Shown piece after piece: positions 1 through 9,267 of a stretch of 64,000 bases of DNA (its first letter is position 1; each line of letters opens with the position of its first letter). Location of the stretch: sequence record JN849462.1, one strand, 5' to 3'. Below the pieces are notes generated by a model. It had not been told where the DNA came from. It made no database searches and saw only the letters and a list, made by a program, of their open reading frames with translations. The translations under genes were made by a program, and so were the position numbers.

Positions 1-5
1 CGATT

Positions 6-746
6 ATGAACGTTGAACAAACACTACGTGAATTGAATATCACCAACAACCAAGTTTACACACGCATCGTAAATGAAGTAATGAAACCGAACATTCTTTC
101 AATTTATGAACACATGAGATTGAAAATCGGATATAATCAAGAAATTTGGTATGGTGATGCTGATGTGTATGTATCAATCGAGCCTGCATTCGAGAAATAC
201 AGAGAACAGCATGACGTTTTGATCATCAACAACGTTGTATCGTGCTTTGATCGAGCAATTGTCATTGCAATTATCAACAAAGAGACTGGCGACATACCAT
301 TGTGTAAATGTGTCGAGGGTCAAGGTGTGAAACACGAGGGTTGGAATTTCGGTGATCATCGTGATTGGAAGATTGAAGGTCTCGATACGCTTCGCGAACA
401 CAAGTGGAGATTTGGTTACGAGGATTTGCGCGACGACTCGCTTGTATTTCAGCTAGATTCGATTTGGGCTGATATTCGACCAGATAAGCCGTATAACGGC
501 TGGCATCGTTCGTCTTATGGTTGTGGGTTTCATGTTGAGAATCTACTGTACGCAGAACGCGAAATCAGATGGGCATTCAGTTCTGTTGTTGAAGAAGAAG
601 CATATACAATTTGCGAAAAAGATAAAAAAGGGGCGAATGCCCCTTTTTTTATGGTCTGTAGATCATGTGATTTGAACCCATTCGTTCCCATGTACCTAGA
701 TTCATGCGATTTTTCATTTCAACGAAGAATGCGGGGTTTGCTCTAA
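6..746 (+). CDS. hypothetical protein (true 3' end probably near 625)
   Basis: Long ORF, but it reads through the terminator at 624-650 and overlaps the opposite-strand gene; see finding on the A5 run. Confidence 0.6.
   Translation: MNVEQTLRELNITNNQVYTRIVNEVMKPNILSIYEHMRLKIGYNQEIWYGDADVYVSIEPAFEKYREQHDVLIINNVVSCFDRAIVIAIINKETGDIPLCKCVEGQGVKHEGWNFGDHRDWKIEGLDTLREHKWRFGYEDLRDDSLVFQLDSIWADIRPDKPYNGWHRSSYGCGFHVENLLYAEREIRWAFSSVVEEEAYTICEKDKKGANAPFFMVCRSCDLNPFVPMYLDSCDFSFQRRMRGLL
624..650. terminator. bidirectional intrinsic terminator
   Basis: AAAAAA-GGGGC-GAAT-GCCCC-TTTTTTT between convergent genes. Confidence 0.8.
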
Positions 747-1704
747 TGTCATCAAGTGGCAGTGCAACAACACCTTCAGTTTTATGCGCCAATAGCTCTA
801 GTTTATCAAGCAAATCAGACGTTGTACGACCGTCATATTTGAATTGACTGAACCAATAACCAATCTTACTGAATTTCGTATCTCTTGTGTATTTCACATC
901 AAAGCCTTTCAGAGCATACGCTAAGTTACTTTCTTTACCGTGAAACGGCTTGCGATATGCGCTATGTTCAGCACCAGCACGAGCAAGCAATCTCTTCTTA
1001 GCTGCGTCTGGTAGATTGAACCACCCATCAAAGTTTTTCTTGAAGTTCAACATCCATGCTTCTGGCGTAGCTGGTGAGCCTTTGAAGTATGCTTTCGTAT
1101 CAGCAATGGCTTGTGCATAGCGTGCGTTAATCTCATGAGAATAGTTCTGATATTCGTCGTGAGACGCTTCGTGACCGCTTTTAGCGTGACGGATGAACTC
1201 TTTATCAATGTATCCGCGTTTACGCCCTGAGTGTTGATACACGCCCTCTGCGTCGCTTGTCTCGAAGTCTTCAATGTCACCAGAACGATAGTTGTCGTAA
1301 GCGTGTTGCAGTTCATGTAATGCCGTGCTATACAACTGTGGTTTCTGCAATCTGAATTTCGCCATGATTTGACTAACTGCTGTTACTCCAGTTATATCCA
1401 CGACAAGCTTGAGATACCCTGCTTCTGTGATCGAGTCGTCATGTAATTTGCCATTCCAAACACCGAGTTCGGTTGGGTTATTATTGTCTAACTTCAGATA
1501 TGCTAGAATACCTTCAGCTAGTAATGCATCGAACTCACTCTCACCAGTTCTGATATTCAGAGTTTTTGTGTTGACGGATAGTTTATTTGGATCCCATGGT
1601 GCTTTACTTAGAGCGCCTTCTAACTGGCGTTCCAATGTATCGACGATGGTTTTTGACGCTTGTTCTAATGCGCGTTGTGATTGTACGTTTTCAAAAATAA
1701 TCAT
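649..1704 (-). CDS. hypothetical protein with zincin-like HExxH motif, probable late gene
   Basis: 351 aa; TALHELQHAYD then HEINARY; TAAATA upstream on the - strand. Confidence 0.65.
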   Translation of the reverse strand: MIIFENVQSQRALEQASKTIVDTLERQLEGALSKAPWDPNKLSVNTKTLNIRTGESEFDALLAEGILAYLKLDNNNPTELGVWNGKLHDDSITEAGYLKLVVDITGVTAVSQIMAKFRLQKPQLYSTALHELQHAYDNYRSGDIEDFETSDAEGVYQHSGRKRGYIDKEFIRHAKSGHEASHDEYQNYSHEINARYAQAIADTKAYFKGSPATPEAWMLNFKKNFDGWFNLPDAAKKRLLARAGAEHSAYRKPFHGKESNLAYALKGFDVKYTRDTKFSKIGYWFSQFKYDGRTTSDLLDKLELLAHKTEGVVALPLDDIRANPAFFVEMKNRMNLGTWERMGSNHMIYRP

Positions 1705-1722
1705 CTTTTTTCTCGAATTCGG

Positions 1723-1781
1723 TTGACTGTATTACTTATTTAGGTTAATATCTCTCTCATCGAAACGAAAGAGAGAACATT
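1723..1781 (+). promoter_or_regulatory. sigma70-type early promoter with conserved leader and RBS
   Basis: TTGACT-17 nt-TAATAT, ATCGAAACGA, GAGAGAACATTATG. Confidence 0.8.
1737..1742 (-). promoter_or_regulatory. candidate T4-type late promoter core
   Basis: TAAATA on the - strand, 33 nt upstream of the 1704 start. Confidence 0.45.
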
Positions 1782-2474
1782 ATGACTAATGCAGCACGCA
1801 AATATGTATACGACATCTTCCATGATGAGCTTCAAAAGCCGGTTGTGAATCTAGACGTATTTAAAATCAAGGGTTCAGATGGTAAGCCAGTGATTAACTA
1901 TCTATCGAACCCGCACCTACGCAAACAACGCTTTATTATGTTCGTGAATAAACGACATGACAACAAGTACGGACGTTCTCTTTGGTCGCATGATATTCGT
2001 GATTGTGACAAAATCGAAGGTACTTGGTCGAGCGTGGCTAAGGAAATCATCAAACGCAAAGCCGAATACGCAAATTACGTGACTAAGACGTATCTTGATT
2101 ACGACTATGGTGTTGAAGAGCCGACCCTTGCAATCATCGACAAGATGCTGAATAAGCCGAAGCGTTTTCACGTTGCAAAGTACATCAATAATGAACTGTG
2201 TGTCACATCGACGAACAATTCAACTGTGCTAATTGATCGTGATACTGGTGTGAAATTCGTTGCGAAGATGCAAGATTATCGCCATACTAGTGATATAATG
2301 CGACTTGCAACACCTGAAAAAGTGTTTACACCTAACGAAGAAAAAGCACTTTGCAGTGCAATTACACATCTTGTAAATTCTCGCATCAACGATATTCGTG
2401 CTAAGAAACGTGCGAAAGAAGAGAAACGCCGCCAAGCAAAACGTCAACAACTAATCGAAGCATACGGGGCATAA
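1782..2474 (+). CDS. hypothetical protein
   Basis: 230 aa ORF after promoter and RBS. Confidence 0.85.
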   Translation: MTNAARKYVYDIFHDELQKPVVNLDVFKIKGSDGKPVINYLSNPHLRKQRFIMFVNKRHDNKYGRSLWSHDIRDCDKIEGTWSSVAKEIIKRKAEYANYVTKTYLDYDYGVEEPTLAIIDKMLNKPKRFHVAKYINNELCVTSTNNSTVLIDRDTGVKFVAKMQDYRHTSDIMRLATPEKVFTPNEEKALCSAITHLVNSRINDIRAKKRAKEEKRRQAKRQQLIEAYGA

Positions 2475-2476
2475 TC

Positions 2477-2869
2477 ATGGCATACGAAGTAATCAACGGC
2501 AAATTGCGTAAAGTAAAGAAAAACAAGCCACGCGACTATGATAAAGAATGGTCAAAGATGCACGAATCTGCCAAGAAGCAAGTCGAAATCATGGATCGTA
2601 TTCATGAACGTGAGCGCATTGACCGTCTAGGTACTCGTGAGCGTCACGAAGCAATGATTGACCTTGCTAAACGCAATGAGCGTAAAGGTAAGAAAGGCGG
2701 TGACTGTAACGTAACTCAGTGTCAAAAGCCAGGCGCAAGCTCTTACAACACTGCAATGAGAGCGTATTACTGCGAGTCTTGTGCTCACGATATTTGGCAA
2801 GCAGGTCAACGCGACGGTCGTGACTTCATTCGACCAACACCAGATTACACATACAAGTACGAGGGTTAA
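2477..2869 (+). CDS. hypothetical protein, C-terminal Cys cluster
   Basis: CNVTQC...YYCESC. Confidence 0.8.
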   Translation: MAYEVINGKLRKVKKNKPRDYDKEWSKMHESAKKQVEIMDRIHERERIDRLGTRERHEAMIDLAKRNERKGKKGGDCNVTQCQKPGASSYNTAMRAYYCESCAHDIWQAGQRDGRDFIRPTPDYTYKYEG

Positions 2870-2873
2870 TCTC

Positions 2874-3113
2874 ATGGGCGATTTTCTATTGGCAATGTTT
2901 ATCTTCTCGTTCGTAATGGCAAACATCGGTTCGATTTTCATTTGCTTGTATGCGGCATTCAATCGCCAATACAACGTACCGATGATCTTAGTTGCACTGT
3001 ACGGGTTCATGGGTACATTTGTTGTCGGCATCGTGTTCTTTCTGCTGTTCATCTTTGCCAAAATCGAAGAAACGAAATTCTGGCAAAAACTGTCTAAAAT
3101 GAGGGAATTCTAA
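2874..3113 (+). CDS. small membrane protein
   Basis: Two hydrophobic segments; start moved to ATG 2874. Confidence 0.7.
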   Translation: MGDFLLAMFIFSFVMANIGSIFICLYAAFNRQYNVPMILVALYGFMGTFVVGIVFFLLFIFAKIEETKFWQKLSKMREF

Positions 3114-3445
3114 TGCAACAAACTGTATTATTCATCGACTTCCGCAACCCACACACTGCGATTGTCGCCAACACGACATTACGAGACAAAAACTTCGATT
3201 TGTCGGGTATGGGATTGCGTCGAGCTTGTCAGTCGAACTATATTGCACTTGAGAAGCAAGGCAAATGGCGTTTAGTGAAATGTCGTTACATGTTTGGGTT
3301 CGAATCTATGGAATTCAACACGCTCGATGGTGTTGTTGCATTCATCAACGCGATTAACATCGACAACAATCAACCATTGATTCGTGAAGTTGTTGTTGAA
3401 GAAGTCGCACCCGTGTACACTAACATTAAAGTACGAGGTTTATAA
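3113..3445 (+). CDS. hypothetical protein
   Basis: TAATG stop/start coupling. Confidence 0.8.
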   Translation: MQQTVLFIDFRNPHTAIVANTTLRDKNFDLSGMGLRRACQSNYIALEKQGKWRLVKCRYMFGFESMEFNTLDGVVAFINAINIDNNQPLIREVVVEEVAPVYTNIKVRGL

Positions 3446-3726
3446 TGGGATTTGAAACAAAAATTATCTGCTATGCAGCGCACGTAACTGAATTTGAGCC
3501 AGGATGGGGAACTCGACCAGATGGTTACATCATTGCCAAGACTGAAGCTGATGTTCTGGCAAAAGGCGAGCACATGCGAGAGATCGCTAAACAATCCAAA
3601 CACGGCTATGAGTATATCGGTGAAGTCTTTAAGTTCGAACCGACTCAGAAAGCTATTGATGAATTAACCGACCGTGACTATATCTGGACTGGTCGAAACT
3701 TTGATGAATGGGGTACTGTACTATGA
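3445..3726 (+). CDS. hypothetical protein
   Basis: TAATG coupling. Confidence 0.8.
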   Translation: MGFETKIICYAAHVTEFEPGWGTRPDGYIIAKTEADVLAKGEHMREIAKQSKHGYEYIGEVFKFEPTQKAIDELTDRDYIWTGRNFDEWGTVL

Positions 3727-3956
3727 CAATCTTTCTGCTTGTATCATTCTTTCTAGGCGCTTATTTCATGAGCGAACTGCCACCAGAATTGCGATACAAA
3801 ACAACATCGCCTAAGAAACTATGGGCTTCTGCATCACGACTGCAACAAATTGCACTTGTTGTCGGGTTTGTCGGCGTGCTGTTCTTCTACTTGATTCTAG
3901 CTATCCTAATTGGATGGACTAAAGTTAAAGAATCTGACTGGAATCGCAAGGCATGA
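3723..3956 (+). CDS. small membrane protein
   Basis: ATGA overlap; two hydrophobic segments. Confidence 0.7.
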   Translation: MTIFLLVSFFLGAYFMSELPPELRYKTTSPKKLWASASRLQQIALVVGFVGVLFFYLILAILIGWTKVKESDWNRKA

Positions 3957-4119
3957 TAGTTCTTCAGCACGAGACTGACGGGTATATCGTCCAAATTGGA
4001 TGTGACATTTGTTGCACCCCTGACATTGACAAAGCATCCATATTCGAAACTGTTGGTGTCGCACAAGAATTCAAAGATCAATGGGACTTATGGGACTGGG
4101 AAGTTAGAGAGGTCGGCTT

Positions 4120-4308
4120 ATGATGCGTAGGCATGAAATTCAAGAACTAGTTGAGCGTCGCGGGTTTGAATTTCGCGAAGCAATCAATGAATACAGCGAA
4201 TCACGTTGGCAAGTCATCGACAATGGTACAGTGGTCTACGAATCATACAATGAATACTGCATTGAAGCATTCTTGCTTGGCGTAGATTACATCACAGACG
4301 CAATTTAA
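4120..4308 (+). CDS. hypothetical protein
   Basis: RBS GAGG; ends at a terminator. Confidence 0.7.
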   Translation: MMRRHEIQELVERRGFEFREAINEYSESRWQVIDNGTVVYESYNEYCIEAFLLGVDYITDAI

Positions 4309-4328
4309 GCCGCATTTCGCGGCTTTTT
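4307..4328 (+). terminator. intrinsic terminator
   Basis: AAGCCGC-ATTTC-GCGGCTT-TTT. Confidence 0.75.
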
Positions 4329-4337
4329 GAGGTTCAT

Positions 4338-4640
4338 ATGAAGAAACAAATATTAAACATTCAGCGCGACGATGCGAAATTCGAGCTATATCGTCAAGGT
4401 CAAGCTGCACGTCATGCACGTGCTGAAATCATCCGACACGTTGCGAAGAATCATAACCCATTTCTAGTTGGTCAATACACGCTTTACAAAGAGCACGACG
4501 TGAAAATCGTTCGTCAGTTGCTGCGTTATGCTGAGATAGATGCTGATGTGCGAGTTGTCCCTACGATTGGTCGTTTGCCAGACTGTTTGAACGAAATTCA
4601 CGGAATCGGGTTCGAGGTAACGCTAAATAATGATAGTTAA
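4338..4640 (+). CDS. hypothetical protein
   Basis: RBS GAGGT; 100 aa. Confidence 0.8.
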   Translation: MKKQILNIQRDDAKFELYRQGQAARHARAEIIRHVAKNHNPFLVGQYTLYKEHDVKIVRQLLRYAEIDADVRVVPTIGRLPDCLNEIHGIGFEVTLNNDS

Positions 4641-4914
4641 CATTGCTCATCATTCTTTTGATGTGTACATTGGTCGCGGCACACCGTTCGGAAATCCATT
4701 CAGAGCAGGGATCGACGGCACTCGGAGCGAAGTTATTGAGCTTTATCGAGAGTGGTTGCGCATTCAATTACAAGACGACGAATTTAAAAAGCAGTTTATG
4801 CAACTAAAAGGAAAGATTCTCGGCTGTCATTGTAAGCCAAAAGCGTGCCATGGCGATGTAATTCTCGAAGAACTTGATAGATTGAGCAGCCCACTAAACA
4901 ATTTTATAGGTTAA
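4630..4914 (+). CDS. DUF4326-like protein
   Basis: DVYIGRGTPFGNPF...LKGKILGCHCKPKACHGDVI. Confidence 0.8.
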   Translation: MIVNIAHHSFDVYIGRGTPFGNPFRAGIDGTRSEVIELYREWLRIQLQDDEFKKQFMQLKGKILGCHCKPKACHGDVILEELDRLSSPLNNFIG

Positions 4915-4917
4915 TCT

Positions 4918-5211
4918 ATGAGAGAAGCAATTGCATTATTAAGCAACACGAGAATGGGATATACTGACATTAGCGCATTTGGCGATCCAGTATTATATGT
5001 TCATGCGGGACATGAGACGGTATTAAAAGTGCAATACACTGAAGATTGCTACTCATTTTACGACTACAGAAGCAAGTATCTTTATACAGAGCAGTCAATC
5101 GACGACTTAGAGATACATTTGAAATCAATAGATGTCGGGTTAGACGATGATCTACCGTTAAATGGGAACATCGACAAAGACACGATACCAGACGGGGAAT
5201 TTTTAGAATGA
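4918..5211 (+). CDS. hypothetical acidic protein
   Basis: 97 aa ORF, ATGA overlap with the next gene. Confidence 0.7.
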   Translation: MREAIALLSNTRMGYTDISAFGDPVLYVHAGHETVLKVQYTEDCYSFYDYRSKYLYTEQSIDDLEIHLKSIDVGLDDDLPLNGNIDKDTIPDGEFLE

Positions 5212-6127
5212 AGTTTAGTGAATATCAAAGAATAAACGAATCTCTAGATCGCCCTGCTAATTATAAACTGGTTAGAGAACTCCCAAATTTAAACGTGTAT
5301 GCGTTTCAAGTTGGTGGTGTTTATTATGAAATAGACATTCAGAAATCAAACATACGAGAGCCTAACGGGATGCAGTCAATGAAAGCTGAAGTCTCATTCA
5401 AAGCACTCGACGGCAGTGGTTATCAACTAACCAAAAAGACGATAAAACAGCACGAATTGTACTATCAACCGTAGTTGATGCTATCTTCAGCTTCGTACGC
5501 GAATACAATCCTGCTCAAATATTATATTCCGCATTCAACGATGCTGATCCTTCAGATGCTGCTAAACGACTTCGTTTATATCAGATCATGACTAAAGCAA
5601 AACTGCGTGAATTCCCCGAATATGATTTCCGAAACGTTGGGCGTGATTTCATCGTCTACGATGTCAATTACCAAAAACGAGTCGAGGAATTTTCAAGAAG
5701 AGCACGTAGACCAGTGGGATATGAAGAAAGATCAGACCACGTTGAAGTGAATTTATCACATGCCAACGCCTTTGCGTTTATACGAGCGTTTGGGGTAAAT
5801 GATGGCGACTCAAAGAGCGGCGTACTAGGTAAAGGTCGAGCTTTCGTAGGCGCAACAAACGAAATTAAAGCACGTCTAAGAGTAGATCGTGTGGTGTATG
5901 AAATGTCTGATAGAGAAGGATGGCTTGCGGCTCTTCAGCACCCTATTTTTGACTATGGCGAGGGTCCTGAAGTTGATCGAACATATCTAGTCGGGGCATT
6001 TAAAAACTTCTATATCGTGTTGACTAGTCAAACAAGTCTAAAAATATACACCGATGATGCTGCGTTTACAAAATATGTGAATGCTTTCGACGCGCCATGG
6101 TTAAACCCAGAAATAATGGAATCTTAA
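5208..6127 (+). pseudogene. frameshifted gene (ORFs 5208-5474 and 5588-6127 are one ~306 aa reading frame), paralog of 6130-6981
   Basis: The -1 frame from 5435 is open into ATG 5588 and encodes STVVDAIFSFVREYNPAQILYSAFNDADPSDAAKRLRLY, matching the neighbour's ATVIAEIKRLMKDNPVNKISFSAFQDSDSSDAKKRFRLY. Confidence 0.75.
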
Positions 6128-6129
6128 AA

Positions 6130-6981
6130 ATGAAATTTAGCGAATATCAAAACGAGCTAACAGAAGCATTTGATCGACCAGCACCGATCACAGCACGTCG
6201 CGGCAATCAGAGTTTTTTCATGATTGGTGACACTGAGTACATGGTCGGGTTGTATTACGACGACTCGAAAAAATCACTCGGAGTTGACTTCATGCATAAA
6301 CCGGGCGATTCAGCAACGTACTACTACAGCTTAGCCAAAGGCAACTCAAAAGACGCAATGACTGTTTTTGCCACAGTGATTGCAGAAATCAAGCGGCTTA
6401 TGAAAGACAACCCGGTAAATAAAATCAGCTTTAGCGCGTTTCAAGACTCTGATAGCTCAGATGCTAAAAAGCGTTTCCGTTTGTACAAGCGTATGGCAGA
6501 ACGTTTCAGCAAAGAGCTTGGGTTCAGAATGACCACGTATGGCGATTCTTTCACCATGACACGTATAAATCCTGTTGCAGTCAATGTAGAAGAGCCAACT
6601 GGTTATGATACAGCGTGGGGTACTGAAATGCTCGATCTGTATGAAGTCAACGACGCTGCAATTGCCAAAGTCACAGAAGGTGATGGTGAATGGCGTTTGA
6701 ATAACTGGAACAAGCTGATTGTTCGCAACGGTAAAGTAACACTAACATCGGGTCCAATTCGAATGTCAGACGCTTGGTACGATGCGTTTTACGACTTAGA
6801 ATGGTATCACGATGAAGAAGGCGAACAATGGTTCGATGATGAACAGAAGATCGCGATCATCAATGGTAAAGTTTGGGTCATCCACGACATGGAAATTACT
6901 ATTTGGCCAAGTATTGAGAAATTAGAATTGCAAAGTGACTCGGAATTATCAAGCGGGACACGTCAATTGCTTGGATATTAA
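6130..6981 (+). CDS. hypothetical protein, candidate capsid internal protein
   Basis: N-terminus MKFSEYQNELTE; paralog of the 5208 gene; start moved to ATG 6130. Confidence 0.75.
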   Translation: MKFSEYQNELTEAFDRPAPITARRGNQSFFMIGDTEYMVGLYYDDSKKSLGVDFMHKPGDSATYYYSLAKGNSKDAMTVFATVIAEIKRLMKDNPVNKISFSAFQDSDSSDAKKRFRLYKRMAERFSKELGFRMTTYGDSFTMTRINPVAVNVEEPTGYDTAWGTEMLDLYEVNDAAIAKVTEGDGEWRLNNWNKLIVRNGKVTLTSGPIRMSDAWYDAFYDLEWYHDEEGEQWFDDEQKIAIINGKVWVIHDMEITIWPSIEKLELQSDSELSSGTRQLLGY

Positions 6982-6985
6982 TCAG

Positions 6986-7010
6986 AAAGGTAGCTTCGGC
7001 TACCTTTTTT
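6986..7010 (+). terminator. intrinsic terminator, UUCG loop
   Basis: AAAGGTAGC-TTCG-GCTACCTTT-TTT. Confidence 0.9.
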
Positions 7011-7024
7011 CGTTTTCAGAGCAA

Positions 7025-7090
7025 AAAACGGTTGCATGAAATGCTCAAAACCCCTATTATAGCTTCATCGAAACGAAAGAGGAAAACGAA
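7025..7090 (+). promoter_or_regulatory. early promoter cassette
   Basis: A-tract, GTTGCATG, TATTAT, ATCGAAACGA, GAGG RBS. Confidence 0.8.
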
Positions 7091-7390
7091 ATGGATGTAA
7101 CATCAAAACTTGAATTGTCGATGAAAGAGTTCGTTGACGTTCCATACAACGAGCACAAAACTCATTCTCTTGTTGGTCAAGCAAGTGAGCACATTAACTC
7201 GTACTACAACAATCCGGGTGAAATCGTGACTTCAAACGTCATGTACGTTGAAATCAACGGTGGTATTGTGTATGCTGTAACGCACTCTAAGAGTCGCTAC
7301 CAGCTAACCAATGTGTCTCATGATGAGATTGCGCAAATGGTTAAAGCCGCAAGCGAACGCGGGATTAATATTCCGCTTTACAAAAACTAG
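7091..7390 (+). CDS. hypothetical protein
   Basis: First gene after the cassette. Confidence 0.8.
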   Translation: MDVTSKLELSMKEFVDVPYNEHKTHSLVGQASEHINSYYNNPGEIVTSNVMYVEINGGIVYAVTHSKSRYQLTNVSHDEIAQMVKAASERGINIPLYKN

Positions 7391-7451
7391 AAAAATTGCT
7401 TTAATACAAACTGATTCACTACTTTTGATTACTTTTTGAGAGAAATATATT

Positions 7452-7766
7452 ATGACTACTATCGTAAACTTCACTGCTGCAATCGAACTAACTACTAAAG
7501 CTCTTGTTGAAACTAACCGTATCGAGGGTCGTTTCTACAACTCACGCATCGGTCACGAGCAAGGTGAGCAAGCGAAAACTGACGCAGTTCGAGCGTTCAA
7601 AGTAATCGACAACAAAGTATATGCTGAAACTCGCAACTGCGTGTTCCATCTTCGCAATCTGTCTGCTCTTGCACTAGCTGACTTCAACACTATCAACGCA
7701 CCAGTGTACATGAAGAAAGCTGATGCTGAGTTCGACGAAATGGTTAAAGCAGCCCTGTTCTCGTAA
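7452..7766 (+). CDS. hypothetical protein
   Basis: RBS GAGAG, ATTATG start. Confidence 0.8.
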   Translation: MTTIVNFTAAIELTTKALVETNRIEGRFYNSRIGHEQGEQAKTDAVRAFKVIDNKVYAETRNCVFHLRNLSALALADFNTINAPVYMKKADAEFDEMVKAALFS

Positions 7767-8218
7767 TGTACCCGAAGAATAAAAGCTATTATGACTTGAT
7801 GTATCTTGACATCGCCAAGTCATTTGCTAAAAAAAGCACCTGCAAGCAGAAGCAAGTAGGTGCTGTCATCGTCAAGAATGATCGCATTATCTCACACGGT
7901 TACAATGGTACGCCGTCAGGTATGCTTCACTGTAAAGATACCGCTGACTTCGGTGATCTAACCCACCGTCAATGGTCAGAAATTCACGAGATTCATGCTG
8001 AACAAAACGCGATTTGCTACGCTGCACGTGCTGGCATATCTACTGAAGGCGCGACTATGTACGTCACAGCGTCGCCGTGTCATAACTGTGCCAAGCTGAT
8101 AGTCGCGGCTGGCATCAAAATTCTCATTGTAGGTTCGATTTACAGCGGTTCGCAACCCGATTGGTGGCACTGGCTACGTGATCGCGGTGTGAAAGTTATT
8201 ATGTTCGAAGACGAATAA
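7766..8218 (+). CDS. cd: dCMP deaminase
   Basis: STC..KQVGAVIVK, GYNG, HAEQNAI, SPCHNC zinc-deaminase motifs. Confidence 0.92.
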   Translation: MYPKNKSYYDLMYLDIAKSFAKKSTCKQKQVGAVIVKNDRIISHGYNGTPSGMLHCKDTADFGDLTHRQWSEIHEIHAEQNAICYAARAGISTEGATMYVTASPCHNCAKLIVAAGIKILIVGSIYSGSQPDWWHWLRDRGVKVIMFEDE

Positions 8219-8272
8219 TGTTTAATATAAGTAATTCGGACTTATAATAGAGCTTTAACAAGAGAGAAACAT

Positions 8273-9199
8273 ATGAAAAGTACAATGTTTTTGAACAACA
8301 TCACATGCATCGACCATGCATGGGTTGATGATATGGGTGAAATGAATGGTAATAGCTACAATCTATGTGTAGAAATTACCGGTGAAGTTGACGAAACTGA
8401 ACAAGTCGTTATTGATTTCAGTGGTTGTAAGAAAGCAATCAAACATCTTGTGGATGATTCGGAATTCGCCATTGATCATCGTCTAGTCGTCGTTGACGGG
8501 TTTAGTGATGCAGTTCTTTCTCAAGTCGAAGATCGACTACGCATTCAAATCGACACGCCGGTCTTCCATGCAGTGTCTACGGTTGACGACTGGTATCAAG
8601 TCATCAAGCCGAGCGAATTGATTGAAGCCGACTTTAAAATCCCTAGCGATTCTCTGTACATGTCGTATGTTACTGAGTATCTTGAAAATATGCTACTCGA
8701 ACAGCTACGTAAACAAGGCTATCCTGTTACACACGTCGCTGTAGAGCTTTCAGAGTCGTTTGACTTACCATCATGGGCAAACAGTCACGTTGAATTCAAT
8801 TACGCTCACGGACTGCGTTCAAGCACATCATACGGATGTCAGAACATTGCACACGGTCACCGTTCATTCATTGCAGTAGATAAGCACTTGAATAGTAACG
8901 GTCGCAAGGTACTGAAGCGCATTGCTAAAGAAATGAGCGGTTATATTGCTTGGTCAGAAAACATTCGCAAAGAAGATGAAGTGTCTTACACTTCAAAGCG
9001 CGGCAACTTCTACTTGAGACACAGCAATATCAAAGTAATCCCGACTGAAACTACAGTCGAAAATCTAGCCAATTACATTGCAACTACATACGAAGAAGAG
9101 TTTCAACGAATGGGCGTTCAGCGTGTGTGGGTATCTGAGGGTCTATCAAAAGGCTCAGTTGTAGACATCAAAATCAACAAAGAATTGCTCTATAAGTAA
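8273..9199 (+). CDS. queD: QueD-like 6-carboxytetrahydropterin synthase, two T-fold domains
   Basis: C-terminal domain FNYAHGL...CQNIAHGH...PTETTVENLA; degenerate N-terminal repeat IDHA...NGNSY...IDH; next to folE. Confidence 0.8.
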   Translation: MKSTMFLNNITCIDHAWVDDMGEMNGNSYNLCVEITGEVDETEQVVIDFSGCKKAIKHLVDDSEFAIDHRLVVVDGFSDAVLSQVEDRLRIQIDTPVFHAVSTVDDWYQVIKPSELIEADFKIPSDSLYMSYVTEYLENMLLEQLRKQGYPVTHVAVELSESFDLPSWANSHVEFNYAHGLRSSTSYGCQNIAHGHRSFIAVDKHLNSNGRKVLKRIAKEMSGYIAWSENIRKEDEVSYTSKRGNFYLRHSNIKVIPTETTVENLANYIATTYEEEFQRMGVQRVWVSEGLSKGSVVDIKINKELLYK

Positions 9200-9218
9200 T
9201 CAACAAATTAATGTTTAG

Positions 9219-9250
9219 TAGCACGTCTCGGCGTGCTATTATTGTTTTCT
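9219..9250 (+). terminator. hairpin with U-rich tail between queD and folE
   Basis: TAGCACGT-CTCG-GCGTGCTA then TTATTGTTTT. Confidence 0.5.
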
Positions 9251-9267
9251 ATCAATGAGGAAATAGA

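Noticed and set aside
4624-4629. TAAATA as the late promoter for the 4918-6981 genes
   Set aside because: Lies inside a coding region, is only a 6/8 match and is far from 5208; possible but unsupported
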